DNA of 64,000 nucleotides. It comes from Candidatus Limnocylindria bacterium (GTDB taxonomy: Bacteria; Chloroflexota; Limnocylindria; P2-11E). Each line of letters opens with the position of its first letter. Positions within the stretch are counted from its first letter, which is position 1. The translations under genes and the position numbers were made by a program. The notes beneath the pieces were generated by a model. The model saw only the letters and a program-made list of their open reading frames with translations. It was not told where the DNA came from and ran no database searches. Positions 31,917 through 41,500 of the stretch are shown here, piece after piece. The DNA lies in assembly GCA_050692175.1 (NCBI GenBank), contig JBOGTG010000148.1, forward strand, positions 322 to 64,321, in the 5' to 3' direction.

Positions 31917-34013
31917 ATGCGACAGGCAAGTCTCGCAACGAAGATCGGCACGACCGCGGACCTGCGACCCGGCACGCCAGACGTGATCGTCGCGAGCGAA
32001 CCCACTCTCGGCGCGACGCTGCGGACGAAGGGGCGGTTCTACTTCCTGTGCGAGGTCGCACGCCAGCACGGGAACGGCGGAAGTGACATCGCGAAGGAGG
32101 TGGCCGACCTCGCTCGTCAGGAGTACTACTACGACCTCTCCGCCGGGATCGAGGTCTCGCTCCGCAAAGCGCTCCGGCAGGCGAATCGCCGCGCCGCGCA
32201 ACGCCTTCGCGATCAGCGCGGGCGGGTCGCTCTCCACTGCGCCTGCGCCGTCGTCGTGAACAACGAGCTCTACGCGGCCCGGATCGGCGCCGCGCAGATC
32301 TTCCTCGTGCGGCGGGCCCGGCTCTTCCTTCCGGGCGACGAACCCGGTGAGCTCGCGGACTTCGTGCATCGGACCACGACGCGCGTGGCCGAATCGCTCG
32401 GCGTTGTCGCGGATGTCCTCCCGGACGTGTGGCGTCAGAGCATCGAGCCCGGCGACACGCTCGTGCTGGCATCCGGCGCGCTCGTCGATGGGCTGGGGGC
32501 TGAGGCCCTGAAGAATGCGGCGATCACGCTTCACCCCCGCGCGGCTGCCGAGCACATCAATAATCGCGCGGTCGCCGACGGTGTCGTCGGCAGCGCGGCC
32601 GCGATCTTCATCGAGCTCTCCGCCGCGACCGCGGCAGCGGGCCGGGTCCTTCCGAAGCCTGAGCCCGTGGAGCCCACCGAGGTGCTGATCGCGGACGGCA
32701 TTCGCTCGCGCTTCGAGTCGATCTGGCGCCGGCGTCCCAGGGTCGCGCAGGCGATCGGGGCCGCGGCCGCGCCCGCGGCGAAGGCGATGGGAAAGACCGT
32801 GGCCATCGGCTTCGAGCTGATGCCGCGGCGAGCGCCTCCGCTCCCGCGCCGGCCGGACACGGCACGCGAGCGCTCGCGCCGCCAACGCCGCGCGGCCTCG
32901 TTGCTCGCGATCCTCCTGCTCCTCGTCGCCGGAGGCATCGGGCTTGTCGCTTATCGGGACTATCAAGCGAACCGCGTCACCGGGGACTACGCCTTAGCCA
33001 TCCTGAGCGTCGAAAGCGACATCTCGGCCGCGCAGCGATTCGCCGACCGCAAGCCGCCTGACAACGAGTCGGCGCGGAAGAAGGTCGACGATGCGCGGGT
33101 CGCCCTCGAGGAGGCCGCGCGGTCTCCAGCGGCCGACCCCGCCCGAATCGCGACGCTCCGCGAGCAGGTCCAGGCACTCGACGACCTGATCACAGGAGTC
33201 GTGGTCGATCTCGCACGCGTGACTGGTCCGGACGGCCGCCCGATCGCCCCGGGGGCGAAACCGACGGGTCTCACGGGCACCGCGAACGGGCTCTACGCGG
33301 CCGACCCGGTGGGCGGCCGCCTCTGGCGCATTTTCGGTGACCCCACGCAGGTCGCAGCCGTCCTCACCCGCGGAGCGCTCGGTGTCGGCGGGCCCCGGAT
33401 GGTCGCCAACCTGAACGAGGTCGTGTATTCGTTCGACGACCAGAAGCACCTGTGGCGGACGGAGGGCACAGGGGTCGCCGACGTAACGCCCGGGGACGCG
33501 TCGACCTGGAAGAGCGTCGACGCGTTCGCCGTCTTTGTTGCCAACCTGTACGTCCTGGACGCCACGAGCGGCCAGGTGTGGAAGCACGAGTCCTTCCCGG
33601 GAACCTCGTTCCTCCGCGCGCAGGGCTACCTTACCGAGCCGATCCCGACGGGTGTCGGCCGGTCGATCGCCGTCGATCAGGACATCTGGATCGTCACGAC
33701 GCAGGGCGACGTCCTCCGCTTCCGCCGCCTCACGACGTCCTTCACCGCCTCGCGTGTCGAGTTCGTCCCACGATGGAACGGAGCGCCGGTGAAGCCGACC
33801 GCGGTGCAGGCCATCGACATCCAGCGCGCCATCTACTTCCTCGATGCGCCGAACGGGATCGTCGTGCAGATGAACCGTGACGGCGGCGAGCTCGCGCGCT
33901 TCGCGCTGCCCTCCAATCTTCCAGGACCCAGCGCGTTCTACGTGTCCGAGGGGTCCCGGACGATCTTCACGATCCACGGATCGAAGGTGGTGGCGACGGA
34001 GCTCCGCGCGTGA
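31917..34013 (+). CDS. membrane protein: N-terminal PP2C-like (apparently inactive) domain, one TM, extracytoplasmic beta-propeller-like domain
   Basis: The first 240 aa or so follow a PP2C/SpoIIE fold pattern (NELYAARIGAAQIFLV, GDTLVLASGAL), but the Asp-rich metal motifs (DGMGG, GDSR) are replaced. A TM helix (LLAILLLLVAGGIGLVAY) follows, then repeated beta-strand-rich segments. Confidence 0.55.
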   Translation: MRQASLATKIGTTADLRPGTPDVIVASEPTLGATLRTKGRFYFLCEVARQHGNGGSDIAKEVADLARQEYYYDLSAGIEVSLRKALRQANRRAAQRLRDQRGRVALHCACAVVVNNELYAARIGAAQIFLVRRARLFLPGDEPGELADFVHRTTTRVAESLGVVADVLPDVWRQSIEPGDTLVLASGALVDGLGAEALKNAAITLHPRAAAEHINNRAVADGVVGSAAAIFIELSAATAAAGRVLPKPEPVEPTEVLIADGIRSRFESIWRRRPRVAQAIGAAAAPAAKAMGKTVAIGFELMPRRAPPLPRRPDTARERSRRQRRAASLLAILLLLVAGGIGLVAYRDYQANRVTGDYALAILSVESDISAAQRFADRKPPDNESARKKVDDARVALEEAARSPAADPARIATLREQVQALDDLITGVVVDLARVTGPDGRPIAPGAKPTGLTGTANGLYAADPVGGRLWRIFGDPTQVAAVLTRGALGVGGPRMVANLNEVVYSFDDQKHLWRTEGTGVADVTPGDASTWKSVDAFAVFVANLYVLDATSGQVWKHESFPGTSFLRAQGYLTEPIPTGVGRSIAVDQDIWIVTTQGDVLRFRRLTTSFTASRVEFVPRWNGAPVKPTAVQAIDIQRAIYFLDAPNGIVVQMNRDGGELARFALPSNLPGPSAFYVSEGSRTIFTIHGSKVVATELRA

Positions 34014-34708
34014 TCCCGCTGCGCGACCAGAACCCGACGGCGAAGATCCCGATCGTCAACCGCCTGCTGCTCGCGGCGAACATCCTCGTGTGGATCTACG
34101 TCCTCACCCTGGTCCGGCAGCCAGGCGGGATCGCCTCTTTTTACGATCGGTACTCGTTCGACTGGACGGAGTTCGCGACGCAGATCGCGCAAGGGCAGAT
34201 CGCCCTTGAGACCTTTGTCCCACTCATCACGCACATGTTCGTGCATGGCGGTTGGCTGCACGTGATCGGGAACATCGTCTACCTGTGGATCTTCGGGGAT
34301 AACGTCGAGGATCGTCTGGGGAGTGGTCCGTATTTGGTCTTCTACATCCTCTGCGGGATCGTTGCCGCGATCGGCCAGGGGCTCGTGCAGCCCGCGCCGA
34401 TGGTCGGCGCGTCCGGCGCGATCGCCGGCGTCCTCGGCGCTTATGTCGTGATGTTCCCGGCTGCGCGGATCTCGACCCTCGTCTTCCTCGGGATCTTCAT
34501 CACCATCGTGCATCTGCCGGCGCTGATCGTGGTCGGCTTCTTCATCGTGCTTCAGGCGATCGATGCCCTCGCCGAGCTGCGTCTGACCGCGCATCGGGCG
34601 ACCGCGAACATCGCGTACTTTGCGCACATCTTCGGGTTCGTCGCCGGGATACTGCTGCTGCTGCTCTTCAGGCAGCGTCGCGAGCAGGGTCGATTCCGTT
34701 TCGGCTAG
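34010..34708 (+). CDS. rhomboid-family intramembrane serine protease
   Basis: HGGWLHVIGNIVYLWIFG and the catalytic GASGAIAGVLGAY motif, with a downstream His. GTGA overlap with the preceding gene. Confidence 0.88.
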   Translation: MIPLRDQNPTAKIPIVNRLLLAANILVWIYVLTLVRQPGGIASFYDRYSFDWTEFATQIAQGQIALETFVPLITHMFVHGGWLHVIGNIVYLWIFGDNVEDRLGSGPYLVFYILCGIVAAIGQGLVQPAPMVGASGAIAGVLGAYVVMFPAARISTLVFLGIFITIVHLPALIVVGFFIVLQAIDALAELRLTAHRATANIAYFAHIFGFVAGILLLLLFRQRREQGRFRFG

Positions 34709-34759
34709 CGCACGCACAGTCGACACCGGGCTTGCGCGGCGCTTCGACCGGGTAGGCTG

Positions 34760-35260
34760 GTGACGATGCTCGTGCCGTGTTCGGTCGAGTCGGTGCGCGT
34801 CCACGTGCTCACAAATCAACATGTGGTCCTCCTGCAGGCCGAAGGCGTTCGCCGCCTCCTCCCGATCTGGATCGGACCGGATCAGGCCTACAGCATCGCG
34901 ACGCGGATCGCCGGCATCGCGAGCGAGCGTCCCCTCACACACGATCTCATCGTCGACCTGCTCACGAAGATCGGTGCCGAGATCACCCGGGTCGTCGTGA
35001 AGGACCTGGTCGCCGACGAGTCCGGCGGCGGCGTCTTCCACGGCAGCGTGTTCGTCCAGATCGCCGACCGCGAGATCGAGGTCGATTGCCGGCCCTCGGA
35101 CGCCATCGCGCTCGCGGTCCGCTGCTCCGCCCGCATCCTCGTGAGCGAGACCGTCCTCGATCGGTCGGCCATCACCGCGGAGTCGAACGACGACGAACAG
35201 CTGTCGGTCTTCAAGGAGTTCATCGAATCGCTGCCCGACGAGCCTCCCCAGAACTCCTGA
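34760..35260 (+). CDS. bifunctional nuclease (BFN/DUF151) family protein
   Basis: LLPIWIGPDQAYSIA ... RPLTHDL ... CRPSDAIALAVR, characteristic of the DUF151 nuclease family. Confidence 0.8.
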   Translation: MTMLVPCSVESVRVHVLTNQHVVLLQAEGVRRLLPIWIGPDQAYSIATRIAGIASERPLTHDLIVDLLTKIGAEITRVVVKDLVADESGGGVFHGSVFVQIADREIEVDCRPSDAIALAVRCSARILVSETVLDRSAITAESNDDEQLSVFKEFIESLPDEPPQNS

Positions 35261-35264
35261 CGGC

Positions 35265-36563
35265 GTGATCGAACGCGCGATTTGGCCCCTGCACACGGCC
35301 GTCGGCCGCGACGGACACGTCCGCGTCGGGACGCACGACCTCGCGGGCCTGGCGGATCGCTACGGCACGCCCCTGTACGTGTACGACGCCGAGACGGTCC
35401 GCGCGAGCCTGCGTGAGTACGTCGACGCGTTCTTCCGATACCGGCCGGTGCGCGTCGCCTATTCGGTCAAGGCATGTGCCCTCATCGGCGTCGGCGCGGT
35501 CATCGCGCGCGAGGGGATCGACGCGAGCGTCGCGTCTTTGGGCGAGCTCCAGGCCGCTCGGCGGGCGGGCTTTCCCGCGTCGCGCATGGAGCTGCACGGC
35601 AACGCCAAGCCCGACGACGAGGTCGCCGAGGCACTCAGACTCCATGTCGGGCGCTTCGTCGTGGATGGGGCCCACGACGTCGAGCGGCTCGCTCGGCTCA
35701 CGCACGGCCGGCGCCGCCCGCAGGCGGTGTGGCTGCGCGTCGCGCCGGGGATCAACGTCGACACGCATCCACATCTGGTGACCGGAACGATCGACAGCAA
35801 GTTCGGCGCGCCGATCAGCACGGGCGAGGCACTCGCAGAGGCGCGGGAGATCGCGCGCGCGAAAGGTCTCGCCCTCTTCGGAATCCACGCGCACCTCGGC
35901 GCCCAGATCCGCGACGCGCGTCCCTACGGCGAGCTCGCGCGCGCACTCGTCGCGTTCGCGAACGAGGTGCGCGCCGCGACAGGCGCCCCGATCACCGAGC
36001 TCGGCATGGGCGGTGGGGTCGCCGTGAAGCTCCGCACGACCGAGGAGGCGCCCGAGTTGGACGACTACGCGCGTGCCGTCACGGAGCCGGTCCGAAAGGA
36101 TCGCGCCCTGCGCGGCGCGACGATCTACGTCGAGCCCGGGCGCGGACTCGTGGGCCGCGCGGCGGTCGCGCTGTATCGCGTGGTGGGGACCAAACGCGTC
36201 CCGGAGGTACGGACGTTCGTCGCGGTCGACGGAGGGATGGGCGATAACATCCGCCCGGCGCTCTACGGCGCCGAGTACAGCGCGGTCCTGGCAGCACGGG
36301 CGAACGAGCAGGGGACCGAGGAAGTCACCGTAGCCGGGCGGTACTGCGAGTCGGGGGACGTACTGATCCGATCGGTGCGCTTGCCGACCGCGCACCCAGG
36401 CGACGTTCTCGCCATCCCAGCGGCGGGCGCGTACAGCGTCGCTATGTCGTCGAACTACAACGAGACCCCGCGGCCGGCCGTGGTCCTACTCGATAGCGGC
36501 CGCGCCAGGATCATCCGCGAGCGCGAGAGCCTCGACGACATCTGGCGGCTCGAGCGGCGCTAA
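35265..36563 (+). CDS. lysA: diaminopimelate decarboxylase
   Basis: Fold-III PLP decarboxylase pattern (YSVKAC, GGGVAV-type Gly loop, EPGRGLVG, GRYCESGD, AGAYSVAMSSNYN). Confidence 0.9.
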   Translation: MIERAIWPLHTAVGRDGHVRVGTHDLAGLADRYGTPLYVYDAETVRASLREYVDAFFRYRPVRVAYSVKACALIGVGAVIAREGIDASVASLGELQAARRAGFPASRMELHGNAKPDDEVAEALRLHVGRFVVDGAHDVERLARLTHGRRRPQAVWLRVAPGINVDTHPHLVTGTIDSKFGAPISTGEALAEAREIARAKGLALFGIHAHLGAQIRDARPYGELARALVAFANEVRAATGAPITELGMGGGVAVKLRTTEEAPELDDYARAVTEPVRKDRALRGATIYVEPGRGLVGRAAVALYRVVGTKRVPEVRTFVAVDGGMGDNIRPALYGAEYSAVLAARANEQGTEEVTVAGRYCESGDVLIRSVRLPTAHPGDVLAIPAAGAYSVAMSSNYNETPRPAVVLLDSGRARIIRERESLDDIWRLERR

Positions 36564-37282
36564 CTTCCCGGGCGGAGCCAGAGGCGGGTGCGCAACCGAA
36601 TGAGATCGCGGATCGCGCGGATGATCACGCGCGGCGATGCCCCCTTGGGCTCGTGGGCGGTCCGGGGAAAGTGGCGCACCCCGACCTGGCGCACGCGGAT
36701 GCCCGCGCGGCGGAGCGTGATCAGAAGCTCCGGTGAGAAGAAGGCCCCGTTCGACCGCACGCGCTCCAGCGGCACGCGCGCGAAGACGTCGCGCCGAAAC
36801 AGCTTGAACGCGCAGTCGACGTCGCGCCAGCCGCCGCCGAACAGGAGGCGGATCAGGCGGTTGTACACCCACGCCACGAAGAGGCGCCGGGGCGGATCGG
36901 CGCGCTTGCGCCGGAAGCCGACGACCGCGTCGGCGCCGTCGCTCACAGCAATGAGGAGCGCGAGGTCCTCGAGTGCGAATTGGCGATCGCCGTCGGTGAA
37001 GAAGATCCAGGGCTTCGTGGCGGATTGCAGGCCCGAGCGGACGGCGCCGCCGTAGCCGCGGCGGGTCCCGTGGTGGATCACCCGCACGCGCGGATCTTTC
37101 CTCGAGAGCTCGTCGGCGATCGAGCCGGTGCGGTCGCTGCTCCCGTCGTCCACGACGGTGATCTCGACGTCGTCGGCGAAACGCGGCAGCACGGCGAGCG
37201 CCTCTTCCACGATCGGCGCGACGTTGTCCTCTTCGTTCAGTGCGGGGAAGAAGAAGGAGAGGCCGTCGAGACGAGCGGGCAC
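36560..37282 (-). CDS. GT2 polyprenol-phosphate glycosyltransferase (Dpm1/Ppm1/GtrB-like)
   Basis: LSFFFPALNEEDNV ... VVDDGSSDRT ... FFTDGDRQF (DxD-type), 240 aa with no TM tail. Divergent from the GT-C genes across a 30-nt gap. Confidence 0.85.
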   Translation of the reverse strand: MPARLDGLSFFFPALNEEDNVAPIVEEALAVLPRFADDVEITVVDDGSSDRTGSIADELSRKDPRVRVIHHGTRRGYGGAVRSGLQSATKPWIFFTDGDRQFALEDLALLIAVSDGADAVVGFRRKRADPPRRLFVAWVYNRLIRLLFGGGWRDVDCAFKLFRRDVFARVPLERVRSNGAFFSPELLITLRRAGIRVRQVGVRHFPRTAHEPKGASPRVIIRAIRDLIRLRTRLWLRPGS

Positions 37283-37312
37283 AGGCGGGCAAGGTTAGCG
37301 TGTTCACGTCGC

Positions 37313-38503
37313 ATGACCGTGTCCGACCGAGCAGCCGCGATCTGGATCGGTGTGATCGCGGCCGCGATCTACGCGGCCGCCGGCATCGGACTCTCGACCG
37401 ACTACGACTACTACGGGAGACTGGCGGACGCGTTCCTCCACGGCCGCTGGTGGCTCGACGAGGCCCCCCCGTGGCTCAACGAGCTCCTGCAGTGCGGCGA
37501 CGGGCGTTACTGCGTCGCCTATCCGCCGCTGCCGGCGATTCTGTCGGTTCCGCTCGTGCCGTTCTTCTCGACGGCGGTGGCGCAGGTCGTCGTTTCGCGC
37601 ATAGCGGGCGGCGCGTCGGCCGGCGTCCTCTACTACGCGCTGCGCGCATACGGGGCGCCCCGCACGTACGCGCTGGCGGGCGCACTTCTCTCGGCGTTCG
37701 GAACGACGCTCCTCTTCTCGAGCGTCGACGGCCGCGCGTGGTATGCGGCGCACTCGGTCTCGATGCTCTTTCTCGCCGGAGCCTTCGCGGTGGCGGCGCG
37801 CGGCGGCAGCGCCGTCGCGATCGGCGCGCTCATCGGCCTCGCCGCCCTCGCCCGGCTGCCCGTCGCGCTCGCCGCACCTGCCCTCGCGCTCCTCTGCGCG
37901 CGGCGCGCGGAGATCACTTACACGCGGTCTTTGGGCGGCGTGATCGCAGGCGGCGCGCCGTTCGCCATCGTCTACTTCGGATACAACATGTTGCGCTGGG
38001 GAGTGCCTCTGGACGAGGGATACACGCGGCTCACGCAGGGCGACGTGTTCTTCAACCACGGGCTCTTCTCGCCCATCTATCTGCCCCGCCAGCTCTACGC
38101 GATCTTCGTTCAGCCGCCCGACTTCATCTCGGGGACGCCGTTCTTCCTGCGTCCCCGCTATATCGGCATGAGCCTCTTGCTCACCACGCCTGCGTTCCTC
38201 TGGATCTTCGCCGCTCTGCGCGAGGTCCGTCGCGACGTCGTCGTGGCCGCGACCGGGGTGGCGGCGCTCCTGGCGCTCCTGCCGGATCTCTTCCACGGGA
38301 CCGTGGGCTTCCAGCAGTTTGGCTACCGCTTCAGCATCGACGCGCAGCCGTTTCTCGTCGCGCTCGCGCTCTCGGGTGACGGGCTTTTCCGCGGGGTCTG
38401 GCGCCGCTGGCCGACGATTCTCTTCGCGGTCGCGACCTTCCTTGCGCTCGCCGTCAACATCTACGCAACGATCGCGATCACGCGCTTCGATTACTGGCAA
38501 TGA
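37313..38503 (+). CDS. GT-C-fold integral membrane glycosyltransferase (ArnT/PMT-like)
   Basis: 396 aa from ATG 37313, about 10 to 11 TM segments, and an acidic/aromatic first loop (STDYDYYGRLADAFLHGRWWLDE). The upstream part of the track ORF is antisense to the GT2 gene. Confidence 0.55.
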   Translation: MTVSDRAAAIWIGVIAAAIYAAAGIGLSTDYDYYGRLADAFLHGRWWLDEAPPWLNELLQCGDGRYCVAYPPLPAILSVPLVPFFSTAVAQVVVSRIAGGASAGVLYYALRAYGAPRTYALAGALLSAFGTTLLFSSVDGRAWYAAHSVSMLFLAGAFAVAARGGSAVAIGALIGLAALARLPVALAAPALALLCARRAEITYTRSLGGVIAGGAPFAIVYFGYNMLRWGVPLDEGYTRLTQGDVFFNHGLFSPIYLPRQLYAIFVQPPDFISGTPFFLRPRYIGMSLLLTTPAFLWIFAALREVRRDVVVAATGVAALLALLPDLFHGTVGFQQFGYRFSIDAQPFLVALALSGDGLFRGVWRRWPTILFAVATFLALAVNIYATIAITRFDYWQ

Positions 38504-41500
38504 ACGACGGTCTCGGTCGGAGCGAGCGCCGCGCGCGGCTCGTCGTCGCTGGCGTCGTCGCGCTCGGCGTGATCGTCCGGCTCCTCGCCGTGCGCGCTCA
38601 GGGCTTTCCGACCGACGTCGGCACATTCCAGGCGTGGGCCGAGCGCCTCGCCCGAATCGGCCCGGGCCTCTTCTACGAGCCGGGGTACTTCAGCGATTAC
38701 CCCCCGGCGTTCCTGTACGTGTTGTGGCTTCTCGGCGCCCTCTTCGACGGCGAGTTCCTTCGACTCGCGGTCAAGGCGATCAGCATCCCCGCCGACATCG
38801 CCATCGCGCTTCTTGCCGCAGGGTTGCTGTGGCGCGCGGCTGGGCGCGCGGCCGCGGTTGCCGCCGCCGCGATCTGGTCGCTGCAGCCGGGGGTCATCTT
38901 CGCCGGGCCGTATTGGGGGCAGGTCGATGCGGTCGGGACACTCCCGCTCTTCGGGTCGGTTCTCGCGGCCGGATCGCGGCGCTGGTGGCTCGCCGGTGCG
39001 CTCGCGGCGCTGGCCGCGCTCGTCAAGCCGCAGTTCGGTGTCGGCCTCTTCGTGATCGTCGTTGCGGCGGTGATCGAGTTCGTGCGAGGCGCGCGCCCGC
39101 GTCCGGTCCTCGAGACGCTCGGCGCCGCGGTCGCGACGGCTTACGTCTTGTGCGTTCCGTTCTGGGGACCCGATCCGCTCCGGATCGCGCGCGAGCTCAT
39201 CGGGCTCGTCCAGAGCGCCGCCGGCACCTACAAGTACACCTCGCTGTACGCGTTCAACGGCTGGTCGATCTTCTTCGATTTCTGGAAGCCCGACGACCAG
39301 CTCGTCGGAGCCGGCGCCATCCTGATCGGGGCGGGGTTCCTCGCGGCCGTGGCGCCGCTCTGGTGGCGTCGCGACACCGCTGCCCTGCTCGCCTGCGCCA
39401 CTTTCGCGGCGCTCGCCTTCTACTTCCTGCCGACGCGCGCGCACGAGCGCTATCTCTTCCCCGTGTTCGCGCTCGCGCTTCCGTTCGCCGCCGCGCGGAC
39501 GCGGATCTTCGCCCCGTACCTGACGCTCGCGGTGGCCTTCTTCGTGACGCTCTACTACGCGTTCACGCGCTACCAGCAGCACGTGGATCTGCGCGTACCG
39601 GAAATCCTCGAGGCGACGCTCTTCAGCCGGAGCGGCCAGATCGCCATCGCGGCTGTGATGATCTCCGCGGCCGCGTACCTCTGGTGGCGTCTCGTCCGAG
39701 GCGACGCGCGATTCGAGACCGACACCCCGTGGAGCCTCCCCGCCGTGGCCGTGCCACGTCGGGGCTGGTGGACCCTGCCAGCTGGGCTCGGCCCCGGTCG
39801 CGTGCCCAACCGTCGCGACGTGGCCGTCGCAGCGCTCGTCGCGCTCGCGGTCCTCGGGACGAGAGGCTACCGCCTCGACTGGCCCCGTGACATGTACTTC
39901 GACGAGGTCTACCACGCCCGCACCGCGTTCGAGCTTCTCGCGCAGCGCGATCCGTACGAGTGGACGCACCCGCATCTCGCGAAAGAGATCATGGCGCTCG
40001 GGATCCTCGCCTTCGGCGACGATCGCGTGGTGGGGCACGAGCCGGCTCCCCCGCAGGGGAAACCGACGGCCTTCGTCGTTGCGAACGACGGCACCCGAGT
40101 CTCGGTCGCCGAAGGTTTCCAGGTCGTCGTGCAACCGCGAGGCGGGGCAGCGGCCAGTCGCGCGCTCGGCGTCGATGCGAAGGCGCTCGCGATCCAGGGT
40201 GATCACATCATCGCGATGACGGATCAAGCGCTCGTCGTAATTCCGTTCGCCGAACAGCCGAGCAACACCCAGCTCCAGCAAGTCCGACTGCCGTTCAGTG
40301 GCGCGCGGTCGCTGTCGCTTGCGGGCGACCGCGTGATCGTCGGCGGTCCGAGCTCGCTCGCGATCTACGCGACGCTCGACGCGACCCCCACCGTCATTCC
40401 GATCCCGACGATCGCCGTCACCGCGAAGACGGACGGGAGCGAGGTCTACGTCCTCGACGGGCGGGGGATCGTGCACGTCGTCTCGACGGAGACCGCGCAG
40501 GAGACGCGTGCACTCACCGGGGGCCGGCCCGGTGCGGCCATCGCGTACGCGCTCGGCTCGAATCGCGTCTTCGTTGCGCGCGCCGACGCTCCGATCCTCG
40601 ACGTGTTCGAGCTCGAGTCGGGATCACACGATGCAGTCCCGCTCGCGAACGCGCGCACCGGTACGTTCTCGTCGGGCGCGACAGCGCTCGCGGTCGTGCC
40701 GCGTACGGACTTCCTCTACGCGCTCGATGAGGGCCGCGTCGTCGTGGTCGAGACGCACGGGACGGCGCCGTTCGCGTCGATCCCGGTGGGCGACGGAACG
40801 TTTCTTGGCGTCGACGGAGAGGGCGACAAGCTCGTCGTCGCCGGAGCGAGCGGGGCCGATCTCATCGAGACCGGCCGGCACGCGATCGCGTGGCGCCTGC
40901 CCGGGGTCCTCTTCGCCGCGCTCCTCGCCTTCCTTCTCGTCGTCCTCGCGCGACGCCTCTTCGCGTCGGCCGTCCTGCCCGCACTCGTCGGTCTCGCGGT
41001 GCTCGTCGACGGTTCGATGTTCGCGCAGGCGCGGATCGGCATGAACGACATCTACGTGGCGACGCTCATCGTCGCCGGCTGGTACTTCGTCGTGGCCGCG
41101 CACCAGGGGGCAGGGGCCCCCGGCCGCGCAGCGGACCGCGAAGCGGGGAGGCGATGGGCCCTCGTCGACCTTCTCATCGCGGGCGTGTGCTTCGGGCTCG
41201 CGCTCGCGTCGAAATGGGTCGCGGCGTACGCGCTCGCCGGCGTGTTCGTGGCCACGATCGCAGTTACCGCTCGCTCGTACGAGCGTGGCCACCCCGGCGA
41301 GGGCGGACCGTTGGACCTCTTTGGCGGCCTTCGCAATGAGCCGAGCCCCGCGCCGGATCCGGCGGATCGATTGCCGCTCGCCACGGCCGCGCCCGGTTCT
41401 CTGGCCGCAGCGGTGGCGTTGATCGTGGCCACGCTTCTCGTGATCTCGCGCAATGCGCTTCGGCTTCTCGTCGCCTTCGCGCTCATCCCCGCTGCGATCT

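Noticed and set aside
36980-37312. N-terminal 111 codons of the 507-aa GT-C track ORF
   Set aside because: It is antisense to the GT2 gene. The first TM helix and ATG 37313 define the likely start.
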